Shown one piece after another: positions 1 through 11,396 of a stretch of 64,000 nt of DNA. The notes below the pieces were generated by a model. The model worked only from the letters and a program-made list of their open reading frames with translations, ran no database searches and was not told where the DNA came from. The translations under genes and the position numbers were made by a program. The DNA is taken from positions 15,066,001 to 15,130,000 of the forward strand of contig NC_042998.1 in assembly GCF_006345805.1 (NCBI RefSeq), written 5' to 3'. Every line of letters starts with the position of its first letter. The stretch's first letter is position 1. Source of the stretch: Octopus sinensis. Lineage: Eukaryota.

Positions 1-225
1 TTGATATTATGAAGCTGGCACCATGAAGATGGCAACATCTGTATAGACAGATAGCACACTACTATATCAATGCCAATCAGGGTGGAAAGGGCTTATGTTG
101 TACATTCTTAAAATCATCTTTCATTGAACTGACTAATGCCATTGACCATTCCGCGTTCATTTAAATGTCTCCTTTATTTAACGCAGGAAAACATAGGATT
201 TGTTAGATTTTTTACTTCTATTTCA

Positions 226-828
226 GGCCGTATCCAGAAAATTTCCCGCAAATATTTTTGCCGTAGGAAAAGTCGCCTCAGGATTTTTTTCCCGTAGGAA
301 ATTTCGCCGATAGGAAATTCTGCCGTAGGAGAGGTTCGCCACATAGGGAATTTTGCCGTGGAAGAGTTTGCCGCAAGACAGTTCCTGTAAAAAAGAAAGG
401 AAAAAAAAAGAGATGAATTACTCCCTTGGTATATAATTGTTTTAGCCAATCTATCTATTATATTATTAGAGAAAACAATAAGAAGAAGTAAAGTAATTTC
501 TTAACTCATTTAAAATTAAGCAATTAAAAGATAGCTATGTTTTAAAAAAAAATCTGCTTGAATAAAAAGTAATACAATATAAATGTAACATTTACAAAGA
601 ACAATAAGAAAACAAAAACAGTTATATCTAAAATAGAATTATAAAAAACATATGTATGTACAAAAGCAATTTTTTTCAGAGCTACAACTTTTCTAAATCA
701 GGTTGCCTTCGATGTCTTCTAAATTATGTATTCCGAGGAATTATCTTACGGCAAAGTTTCCTACGGCGATAATTTCTGAGGCAAGTTATCCAGTGGCAAA
801 AATGTTAACGGTGAATGTTCCTAGAACC
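226..828. mobile_element. Degenerate MITE/foldback-like DNA element with ~95-bp imperfect terminal inverted repeats built from short 'ccgtagga' repeats
   Basis: The left arm (~229-330, ...atttttgccgtagga...gcctcag...ccgtaggaaatttcgccg) aligns with the reverse complement of 731-828 (atttttgccactgga...gcctcag...gccgtaggaaactttgccg). The interior is AT-rich and non-coding. No TSD was resolved. Confidence 0.6.
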
Positions 829-1022
829 ATTTCTGGCATATGGAGCAAGGACATCTATTATTAAAGACATTCTAGCGGTGACCACCTCAACTTTTTCCAT
901 TGCAGTTACTATCTAACTAATATCTAACGTATTTTTATCTAAGAGCGTAGGAGTGTGATTTGAGAAAAATTTAACTGTTACATGTAGCGTATCAAACAGC
1001 TCTGCACATGTACAATAATTAA

Positions 1023-1028
<6 letters not shown>

Positions 1029-1071
<43 letters not shown>

Positions 1072-1109
1072 GCAATACACACACACATGATACATACACA
1101 CACACACAC
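1029..1109. repeat. (CT)n/(CA)n compound microsatellite
   Basis: Direct reading. Confidence 0.95.
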
Positions 1110-1210
1110 CTTCAATTTTCTTCGAGTCATTGATGCTGAGAAGTTCAATTTGAACTTCAACTGCATCAAACCCCACTTATCTAAGACTTAAATATTTAAA
1201 AGAAATCTCG

Positions 1211-1434
1211 TTAAAGATATAACACCATAGCAGAGACAACAATTAAAGATATCGCACCACAGTGAACGGAACAATTAAAGATATCTACTCACAGTCATCA
1301 CAACCATTAAAGAGAACCGATCGTCGTTAGCACAGCCATTAAAGATAACAATTCACCACCAGAGCAACAATTAAAGATAAAACATCACCGACAGTAAACT
1401 CGTTAATGATAATCAATCACCATCAACACAATAC
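1211..1434 (+). repeat. Degenerate 32-bp tandem array, 7 units, with conserved TTAAAGATA head
   Basis: The TTAAAGA(T/G)A-like head occurs at 1211, 1243, 1275, 1307, 1339, 1371 and 1403 (the last reads TTAATGATA), an exact 32-bp period. The rest of each unit is variable. Confidence 0.85.
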
Positions 1435-1934
1435 CTACTGCAATCGATACATTAAAAATCACCATTACTAGCCACAACTACAACGAAATGTCCCGGCAAC
1501 TACCACAAACCGAACAAGTTACCGTCAACAGCGACACTACGAACGCCACCACCACCACCACCACCACCACCACAGAAATTGCAACCCAATCATCAACATC
1601 ATTAGCATCATTAAGTAACAGATATTGAAGGAGCATCTGTGTGATCGCAGGCGTTGTTAGAAATAGTAGCAAAATTTCACTCAATTTATAGCCTGCAGTC
1701 TTGAATAAAATGAAGGACGCGTTGGAAAACGAAGATATAAATGTACAGGATCTAAATAGATCTTTCTATGTTATGGAATGTGTTTGATCATATGTTAAAA
1801 TGATGTGTGTCAAGAACAGTAACCTCAGGAAGGGTGTTTTTATTTGGTGAGTGAACTTGCTAGAAAAAGCAGTTATGTCCTGTTATGATAAAAGTGTAAA
1901 ATAAGTATTTGATATTATGGTCCTACATACATAT

Positions 1935-2330
1935 GTGATAACAGCAATTCGAAGGACATTAATCATATGCCTGTTCCTTCAGAGGTTGACCAAGGCCTAT
2001 ACAAAAGAAATAGTAATTAAAAGAACAACTAAAAGTACAGCAGCACACCACTTTGGACTAACCACGAAACATCTATGTATCACTGCCATTTGTTACAGAC
2101 AAAATATCCTATGAAAGCGAAAAACACATTGTGATAACAACAACTCGAAGGACTTCAAGTATATGTCTGCTCGTTCAGAGGTTTGATCAAGGCCTATACA
2201 AAAGAAATAGTAATTACAAGAACCACCAAAAGTACAACAGCACAACACTATGTACTAACCGCGAAACCTCTATGTATCACTGCCATCTGTTAAAGACAAA
2301 ATATCCTATGTAAGCGAAAAACACGTTTGA
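1935..2330 (+). repeat. Diverged 196-bp tandem duplication
   Basis: gtgataac...caaggcctatacaaaagaaatagtaatt...tatgtatcactgccat...gacaaaatatcctatg..agcgaaaaacac starts at both 1935 and 2131. Confidence 0.9.
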
Positions 2331-3039
2331 TACTACAATTCAAGATCTACTATTCGTGGATAATTGACAGCTTAGTCACAGCCTTTAGGCAAATATGTAT
2401 GTGACATGCCAGACTTGAGATTAAACATTAACAATCTAGCATTCTTTTTAACCGTCATCGTCACCACTACCAACAACAATACCACCACTACCATAATCGT
2501 AATCATCGCCGACAAGTTGCAAGAAGCTCATACTTTTCCCTTAACCAGTAAAAAATCTCAGACAAATCTTCCTCAAATACTGCCCAAACCTCTTTAAATT
2601 CGTTTGATTATACAAAAGAAACTTATATTAAATAATACTGAGATGAAGACAGGATGGTGTTTGCCGAACGATGTGCAATCGACGCATGAAAAATATCTCT
2701 CCCAAAATGTGCGAACTCCGTCAGGGAAAGGGAGTCATAAAAATTTTGAACATAGCTAGCTCACAAAACACCTTCCAAAACAGATAGCTTATGAAGTTTT
2801 CAAAATACTCTCATAAACATTACCCAGAAAAATTATTGACAAATGATAATAAAAAGAATGCGAGACTTTCCTCGGAAAATAACATAACACTGACAGCAAC
2901 CAATGACAGAATACAAGAAACTCCTCTTTATTTCCTTTTCTAACGTCTCAGGTCTGCATAGAATGCATATAAAATAAATGCGTTACACACGCACACACAC
3001 AACACTAACGGCAGTAAAATCACTCTTACTGCCCACCCC

Positions 3040-3168
3040 CCTGCCGGAGACTCGTGGAGCTTTAGGTGTTTTCGCTCAATTAACACTCACAAAGCCCGGT
3101 CTGAGAATCGAATCCACGATCCTACAACTGCGTGTCCGTTGCCCTAACCACTGTGCCATTGCGCCTCC

Positions 3169-3170
<2 letters not shown>
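3040..3170 (-). mobile_element. tRNA-derived SINE, family A, 5' head
   Basis: The reverse complement reads gtggaggcgcaatggcacagtggttaggg...ggattcgattctcagaccggg, with pol III A- and B-box-like motifs. It matches the copies at 14115-14494 and 28685-28985. Confidence 0.85.
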
Positions 3171-3244
<74 letters not shown>

Positions 3245-3254
3245 ATGTGTGTGT

Positions 3255-3540
3255 GTGGATTTGGTAGACGGAAACTGAAAGAAGCCCCTCGTGTATATAT
3301 GTATATATATGTGTGCATGTGTTTGTGTGTCTGTGTTTGTCCCCCCACCTCCCAACATCGCTTGACAACCGATGCTGGTGTGTTTACGTCCTCGTAACTT
3401 AGCGGTTCGACAAAAGAGACCGATGGAATAAATAATAGGCTTCCAAAGAATAAATCCTGGGGTCGATTTGCTCGACTAAAGGCGGTGTGCTTCAGCATGG
3501 CCGCAGTCAAATGACTGAGACGAGTAAAAGAGAGTAAAAG
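3255..3540 (+). mobile_element. SINE family B, 5'-truncated body
   Basis: ggatttggtagacggaaactgaaagaagccc, then an internal microsatellite, then gcttgacaaccgatgctggtg...cagcatggccgcagtcaaatgactga and a gtaaaaga tail. Confidence 0.9.
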
Positions 3541-4242
3541 TGAGATATATATGTGTGTGTGTGTATGTATGTATGTATGTATGTATGTATGTATGTATGT
3601 ACGCATGTACGTACGTATGTATGTATGTATGAATGTATGTATGTATGCATGTATGTCTGCATGTATTCAGGTATGCATATATTTATGTTCGGTTGGCAGG
3701 TAGATTTGTAGATAGTTATGGAATCAGTGTGAAGTCTTATTGATATTTAAAACAGTTTTGCTATCGGGAACGTCGACCTTGTTAATGATGGCAGTCATAT
3801 GAATTATGAATATATAATATCGGAAATTTCATGTTGCTCTAAGTTGTAACTTTTCTTCATAAACTTCTACTTCTCCAATATTTTCTGTTAACAACACTGA
3901 TCGTTTGCTGTAGACGTAATAATGACAACAGTTACGAGAATAGCAGTAGCCAAAATATGAACTACATTAAAAGTGAAGGCAGCCAAAAAGAAACAAACAG
4001 AAAAGAAATACAGTTTAGAGACAAGAGTTACTAGAACATCGTCAACAGCTACATGAAGCAAGAACAAGCCAACTGAAGTAGCAGGAGTTTGCAGGAGTTG
4101 TTATATCACAGGCGGTTGGAGCAGATAGCAACGTTTAGAATAGCATCAAAACAAACAAAGATCATAAAAAGCAGCAGTCACAACAACAACAACAACAACA
4201 GACAAAACTAATAATAATGGTAACAAATGCAACAGCAGCAGC

Positions 4243-4358
4243 GGTGGAGGCGCAATGGCCCGGTGGTTAGGGCAGCGGACTCGCGGTCGTAAGAACGCGG
4301 TTTCGATTCCCAGACCGGGCATTGTGAGTGTTTATTGAGCAAAAACACCTAAGTTCCA
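4243..4358 (+). mobile_element. SINE family A head, truncated
   Basis: ggtggaggcgcaatggcccggtggttagggcagcggactcgcggtcg...tttcgattcccagaccggg; it abuts an inverted family C fragment. Confidence 0.85.
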
Positions 4359-4361
4359 CAA

Positions 4362-4488
4362 ATGGATTAAGTCGATTACATCGACCCCAATGCGTAAGTG
4401 ATACTTAATTTATCGACCTCGAAAGGATGAAAGGCAAAGTCGACCCCGGTGGAATTTGAACTCAGAGCGTAACGGCAGACGAAATATG
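4362..4488 (-). mobile_element. SINE family C fragment
   Basis: ttaagtcgattacatcgacccc...gaaaggatgaaaggcaaagtcgacc...gaatttgaactcag, the reverse complement of the family C core. Confidence 0.85.
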
Positions 4489-5534
4489 GCAAAAATCAGC
4501 AATATTGAAAATAAAAACTGCAACGCAATTACAGAAATAATTAACAGCAACAATAACGAAGGAGGTTTTTACATGGTGATTTGACTTGTCAGAAAAAGCA
4601 GCCAAAATTTCCTTAAATCACATAGTAATCCCTTAGAAATACAAAGAATACTTTGGGTTATGTGGTTCTAAGTGTAGTGATCGATAAGGATGGCCGTGGC
4701 TCGACTGTCTGATTAAAAATCAATGCAAAATAACACGTGGGTGAATCTACGTGGTCAGGAGACCTCCTAGAAATAGTACATAAATCTCGAATGAAATTAT
4801 TTCTCGCTTAAACTGTCTTAAGCAAGGAAGAGTATATAGACAATGTGGACGTAGATAGCTCTGAAAAGATCGGATGGCCACGACTGGAAAACCTTTAAGG
4901 TTGACCTGCTAGGGTTGAACATTAATAGGAATTACATAAATAGACGCGACAAATAGCAAAAAAAAAAAAGAAAAAGAAAGGAGTCAGCCTTGTGCCTATA
5001 GCAGAAAGGGTTATTATTATTATTATTATTGTTATTATTATTATTGCATACCGTACAAAATGCCTAGTCTCATTTCGTTCGTCTTTACGCTTTAAATTCA
5101 AATTTCACCGATCGACTTTGCTTTTCATCCTTCTGAATTTAATCAAGTGCAAGTTGATAAAGAAATTAGTACAAGTTTGATAAAATAAGTACAAGCTGTG
5201 CATCGGGATCGATTTCAGACCTTGTGCCTAGATTAGAAAGTGCTATAATTATAATTTGTGTAACTGCTTCTGATTTAGACCCGTTCAGATATTGGACTAA
5301 ACCGAACCTTGTACTTGCACGGGTAAGTTGTTTTATCGACTCTGGCGAGATTTAAAAGTTCAGTTAATCTCAGCGTTGCTTGAATTCCGAAAAGAAGGAG
5401 CCGAAACAAATACCACAAGGTATTTTTCGATACTAACAATTCCGTTAATCCTCCAAATAATAAATACTTTCAAAGGACGGCTATATTAGTCGTTACTGTT
5501 TCTAGTAGCCACTTCTAGCGACACAATGGATCAT

Positions 5535-5541
5535 GCCGTCG

Positions 5542-5576
<35 letters not shown>

Positions 5577-5776
5577 ATGTTTGTGTCTGTGTTTGTCCCC
5601 TCAGCATCGCTTGACAACCGATGCTGGTGTGTTTATGTCCCTGAAAATTAGCGGTTCGGCAAAAGAGGACAATAGAATAAGTACTAGGCTTACAAAGAAT
5701 AAGTCCTGGGATCAGTTTGCACAACTAAAGGCGGTGCTCCAGCATGGCCACAGTCACATGACTGAAACAAGTAAAA

Positions 5777-5778
<2 letters not shown>
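5535..5778 (+). mobile_element. SINE family B 3' half
   Basis: gcttgacaaccgatgctggtg...ggcggtgctccagcatggccacagtcacatgactgaaacaagtaaaag. Confidence 0.9.
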
Positions 5779-5843
<65 letters not shown>

Positions 5844-6074
5844 GATCGAGAGACCAGCTCAGAGAAATTAGTATAAATTATTCACCTGGAGAAAGGGCTT
5901 TATGTTATCGTGTCACGTAGCTTGATGCAGCCACTGCATGGTTGCATTATCTGCTTGAAATAACAGTCAAACCACTCTCTGAAATAGTTTTTTCAAAGAA
6001 AAGAACGTATTGGATATTATTAGTCTTAAATACAGAGCTCATAGGTATGTTCACTTCTAGCAAAACTACCAAAT

Positions 6075-6315
6075 TTCTTCTTCTTTCTCTATTTCTTGTC
6101 TCCTCCTCCTCCACCACCACCACATATTCCTCCTCATCGTTATCCTTCTCTTCTCCCTCTCTTCTCTCCCTCTTTCTCCTCCTCCTCTTCTTCTTCCTCC
6201 CCCTCCTCCTCCACCACCACCACATCATCATTATCCTTCTCTTCTTCCTCCGCCTCTCTCCTTCTCTTCTCTCCCTCTCTTCTCTCCCTCTTTCTCTCCT
6301 CCTCCTCCTCTCTAA
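6075..6315. repeat. Pyrimidine-rich (CT/CCT) low-complexity tract with an internal duplication
   Basis: cctcctcctccaccaccaccacat occurs twice; this tract explains the low-complexity ORFs at 5942-6516. Confidence 0.85.
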
Positions 6316-8524
6316 CATTATCATGGCACTCCTTCTTCCGATCATTATAATCATTAGTATTAACGACCTCGCTTCACCATCAACATTCTCATAAACAACT
6401 GCAACAACATCAACACCAACAATAACTTGAAAAGCGAAGTGATGGAAGCTGATGGTAGAGGAATGGAAATTATTTTGGACCTGGAATTTGATATTGCACT
6501 TCAATGGTGACTTCAAACTGCCACGAATTCCGAATTCTCAGGACAAAATTGAATGAGATAAAAATAAATAAACAAATAAATTAATAACAGGAGAAAAAAA
6601 AAAAACTAAGAAAAAAAAGTATATATAAAGACGAAAAATAATACGGAAAGAAATTATTATGGAAGTGGGGATTGAAGAAGTGTTATCCTTGATAAATTAA
6701 GAGATGCGGCATATCATTAAAGAGAGAGGCTAAGAGAAACATTTAACGCAAGGATATGAAGAGATTGAGAAGCAAGCATCAAGATGAAACTACACAAGGG
6801 ATTAAAGAACACATCAAGCGAAACTACAAGTAAAAGAACAGAATTGATCGAGTATCTAAAATAAAATATAGGAAACTAAATGTCATTGAATCAGGGAATA
6901 GAACGTAAAAAAAAGGAAAAAGCGGGGAAGTGTTCTACAGGATAATAACTCCTTTTAAAGAGAATCAAGAGCTGTGGAACAAATAAATTACATTTAATGC
7001 AGTATTCTATTTAGAAAAAAAAAGAGACATTTTTCTGTAATTGAATAAGAGAAGAAATTAAAGTTTCGAAACATTCAAGCAAAATGGCTGTTATAGAAAG
7101 AAATGGTCAACGTTGCTTTGATCCTTAAATAACAAAGACGGAATCGACGTAATGAAAGAGACGTGTGAAAGGTACGCTTGATCAGCTAGAAGTAGTAACC
7201 AAAAACTCTCTCAAAATAACACCTTTTGCTTTGCATAGGAAAAAAAAAAAGAAATGTGTTTGGTAATGATCTAGATAAATATGACGCAATGATTAAAAGA
7301 TCGAATGCCTTTGATCTAAGGCATTCGTGATCAGGGATAAAAATCATACCATCACCTCCACTACCGAGGCTGCCGGCAAGAATGATAACAAAAAATACAA
7401 TGTATTGGCAATATTTACAAATGTGATACCACGGGAAAGAAGTTGAAAAAGCCGGATCTAACTGTTGATGGAGCAACATAACCCTAAACGAAAGGGTTTA
7501 AACACACTTATATGAACTAGAAGGATCTGTGGAAATGCCATGTTGTCGAAAGCGTATCTTTCGAAAGTGTCTTATTATGTTAAAGATTTCGATTAAGTCT
7601 TTTCATTTCGTTCCAACCGTGGATGTCCCCTCATTTTTACAATTATGTACTACTATATTATCAAATGTCTCCTTTCATCATCTAAAACGGTTGGATATCA
7701 TTTGTGGCAGAATTGCATGGCAGCAGCTTAATGACTACAAGCAGTAGTAGAATAAAAGAAAACGGAATATATATATATATATATGTATGTATGTATGTAT
7801 ATAGAGGAATTTAATGTAATGTAATATAAGTTCGGTATTGAAGAATTTGAGAATATAAAATATGTGAAGATGAATTTCAGAGTATAGTTTGAGAAGGAAT
7901 AATAGTTATCAATACATACATCCAGTGATCCATAGAAAGAGATCAAAGTCGACACAGAGTAAATCAAAGGATACTTTTAATCTTTGAAATATGCACTGAA
8001 CGCAATCTGTTTCATGGATTTTCTGACAACCCATAAATTTAAATCGTGACGCTTGGAGAGTTATTTAGGAACGAAAAAGAAAGAAAAAGACAGCAGTTGC
8101 CTAATTGCCAATGAAAGAATATATTTTAAGAAGAAAAACAGATTCATTGGTAATAACTTTTCCCTAATTATCGCAGTAAAACAAAAAGGAAAACAGCATA
8201 AAAATGAGCTGGGACGTGTTACGAAAATGCAGAGTAAGCAAAAATCAATACAGCACAAGCCATGAGTACACACAAATGATACAAAGGCATGACGAAAGAA
8301 AGTTTAAAGACAGAGTTTAAATCACAAATACTTGTTTTGACATACGGAACAAGAACGGCATAACATAATTAACCGAGAGTATAAGCATGAAATGGAAAAG
8401 TAGCAAAATATTCGAACCCTATGAAATAAAAGCAAAACATGTTATCTTTCACTGCAAAAGCTATTTAAATATGAGATGAGATATATTTAGTAAATGGTTA
8501 CACTTCGGTAAACACCTGTTACAG

Positions 8525-9390
8525 AACTGGCAAGCATCACCTGATTTGATGGTCCACCCTATCAAATGTCTTGGAGTGGACCAAATAGACCAATGCCCCT
8601 CCAAAGTCAGATGTATTCCCGACGAGTTTTACGATGTATCGCATAAAGTGGAGGTTGTCGTGAATAAACCAATTGAGGACCGGACAGGTTTTGTACCTTC
8701 CTAATTACACTACCGACAACAAGCGCTAGCCTTTTGGCGAGCACCTTATCTAAAATCTTTAATTCAGTGTTGAGTAGAGTTATGAGTATGAAGTTTCAGT
8801 TACGTACTCCTTATTCGGAACCTTCCCCAGCAGAGTCACCACTACCCGGCTCACTCGATTCGGAATGTCCCCAGTGTGTTGCCAGGTGCTGTAGATGACT
8901 GCCAAAACCGGATCAAACAAGTCAGATATGTGGAAATATAGTTCATAAGGGCAGAAAATTCAATCTCTAATCCTAACCCAGAGCAGCTCAGTATATCTGC
9001 TTTTCGAAACACTCACAATTGGCTTCTCTCAACACCCAATCTCTTTGTCCGATAGGCATGGCATACTACTGGCTCAAGTATGCCAATCCTCGAAAAGAGG
9101 TCAGCGAGGTGCTGTCGAGACACCGCACTCATCTGTTTGGAATCGGAGTGCACACAGCCGCTACAGTCCATCACAGACCGAATTATAGATTTGTTGGAGT
9201 GATGTGCCTTCCCCACTCAGGCCTAACCAACGGCTTTTGAGCCTTCATGCTTCCAGGCACGCACTTTAGCTCGGAAAATACAGCCGCTGTGTCTCATGTC
9301 GAAGAAATGGTCTAGTGTCATTCTCGCTGTCATACTGACCTCTTCTATGGCTAGCACATCATACTAAACCCTTCTAAATGCCTCTTGTAA
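8525..9390 (-). pseudogene. Decayed L1/Tx1-clade LINE ORF2 fragment (endonuclease-RT linker and RT N-terminal motifs)
   Basis: Hand translation of the minus strand across frameshifts gives PYELYFHISDLFDPVLAVIYSTWQHTGDIP...VVVTLLGK, NFILITLLNTELKILDKVLAKRLALVVGSVI and IHDNLHFMRYIV...GGALVYL..SKTFDRVDHQ. These match the RPITLLNxDxKIxxKxLAxRL and DxxKAFDRVDH motifs of L1/Tx1 RTs. Confidence 0.85.
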
Positions 9391-10101
9391 GATACTAGTT
9401 TATTTTCAATTCTATTGCTTTCTAAGTACGCAACTGGTATTTTATTTTAGCGACCACAAAATAAAGGAAATGAAATTCAGCCACAAAGGAATGATGACGA
9501 TGATGATGATAATAATAATAATACTAATAATGATAATGATAATAGAGATAGATTTTAATTAAAGAATGCCAAGCGACATATACATGGACATTGATGTTAG
9601 GACAACTTACAATCTTCCGTCTAACATTTTACAGTTTTCCTATATTCTTATTCAAGACACAGATAAACAGACAGATAGTTAGATAGGTAGAGACATAGAA
9701 AAGTAGGTAGGTAGATGGGTAGATAGCTTAATAGATTGTTGGATACATTGATTTACAAAAAGAAAAAAAAGGGTTCGAAAATATCAAATAAGTTGAAGAA
9801 TATGAAGTTAAAATTAAAGTGATAAGAAGAGAAAATTAGCGTAGACAACTTTATAGTGTGTGTGTGTGTGTGTGCGTGTATTAGATATATACATATAGAA
9901 ACATACATATTTATTATAAGCACATATACATACCCATATATTTATATACGTTACATTTACATACATGCATATATATATATATACATACATGCACATACTT
10001 TTACATACATACATACATACATACATATGCATAAATACGTGCATATATCTATACTTACATACATATATATTTACACACGCACACACATATATACATATAT
10101 A

Positions 10102-11359
10102 CAGGCGTTGGACAAAATAATGGAAACACCTTAAAATTTCAAGCAAATTTATTTTAATATGGGGTAGGACCGCCATTGGCAGTAATTACAGCTTGAATTC
10201 TACGAGCTATGGACCTGTACAAAGTTTGAATTTTTTCCAAAAGAATTTTTGTCCATTCTTCAGCTAAAACAGTCTCCAGAACTTGTAGTGATGATGGTGG
10301 GGGATATCGAATCCTTCTTTGTTTTCTAAAATGCACCATTAATGTTCAATAATATTGAGATCTGGGGACTGTGGGGGCCAGATAAAATGTTCAACTTCAC
10401 TAGATTGTTCTTCGTGCCATTCAGCAAAAACTTTAGTTGTGTAAATAGGTTCATTATCATCCTCAAAGAGTGCGTTTCTGCAACCATAGGATAAATTTGA
10501 TCAGATAAACTGCTTAAATAGTCTTGACTATTAATTCTGCCATGAAGGGAAAGCGTTGGACCAGCGGATTTTCAAGATATAGCCCTCCAAGATCATCACA
10601 GATCCTCCTTCATGTTTAACAGTTTAAAGAAGGCAGTCTGGTTCTAAAGCTTCTTATAGCTGTCTCCAAACGTATACTCGGCCAGTGGTCGGAAATAAGG
10701 TAAAAGATGACTCGTCCGAGAAAATAACAGTTTTCCTCTGACCTAGGGACTAATTTTGTAAGTTTTTACTCCACTCTAAACGCGTTGCGATGTTGGTTTT
10801 TGAAAGTAGCGATTTTCTGATTGTAGACCTCCCGTGAAATCCGGTTTTGTGCAGCTCCCGGCGAACAGTTTTTATGGAAACTGGATTCTCGAGGTGGTCA
10901 TAAAGCTCTGCAGTAATTTTGGGAGGAGCTGTACTTTTGTGGTTCTTTCTAACAATTCGCATATGAGTCTGCCGGTCCCTACTTGAAAGTTTTTGTTTCG
11001 TTCCGGAGTTTTGATTTGAGGAGTAGGTTTTTCCTTTTTTCTCAAAGGCTGTCATTACTTTTGAGACAGTACATCTTGATACATCAAACATTTCGGCTGT
11101 TTTCGTTACGCTAGCCCCTGCCATACGAGCACCAACAATTTCACCTCTTTGAAACTCCGATAGATCTGATATTTTAATGAGTTTTAAGTATCTTTTCAGA
11201 TGATATCTGAGAAGAAGCAGTAATTGTAGCAAAACATATTAAGCAACGCTAATAATAAATGAAAAAGCATGAAAATAAACAAGCATTTAACAGTTTTACA
11301 GATATGTCAAAATTATGATCTATGATGTTGGGTGTTTCCATTATTTTGTCCAGCCTTTG
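10102..11359 (-). mobile_element. Full-length Tc1-type DNA transposon (1258 bp), DD36E / Incomer-like
   Basis: 29-bp TIRs at 10102-10130 (caggcgttggacaaaataatggaaacacc) and 11331-11359 (reverse complement caaaggctggacaaaataatggaaacacc), with TA on both flanks and transposase remnants inside. Confidence 0.95.
10154..11172 (-). pseudogene. Tc1 transposase pseudogene (HTH plus DDE domain, with stops and frameshifts)
   Basis: N-terminal DLSEFQRGEIVGARMAGASVTKTAEMFDVSRCTVSKV; catalytic motifs VIFSDESSF, FEDDNEP and WPPQSPDLNIIE; C-terminal IARRIQAVITANGGPTPY*. The start codon appears mutated to ATA at 11172-11170. Confidence 0.9.
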
Positions 11360-11365
11360 TATACG

Positions 11366-11396
<31 letters not shown>

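Noticed and set aside
1110-1180. Possible 71-bp minus-strand exon (cttag|ataag...gaag|gtgtgt)
   Set aside because: The donor is just the start of a (GT)n tract, the peptide is unrecognisable and there are no partner exons.
1211-1434. CRISPR-array interpretation of the 32-bp and 61-bp periodic arrays
   Set aside because: Eukaryotic context, no cas genes, repeat too short (32-bp array) or no unique spacers (61-bp array).
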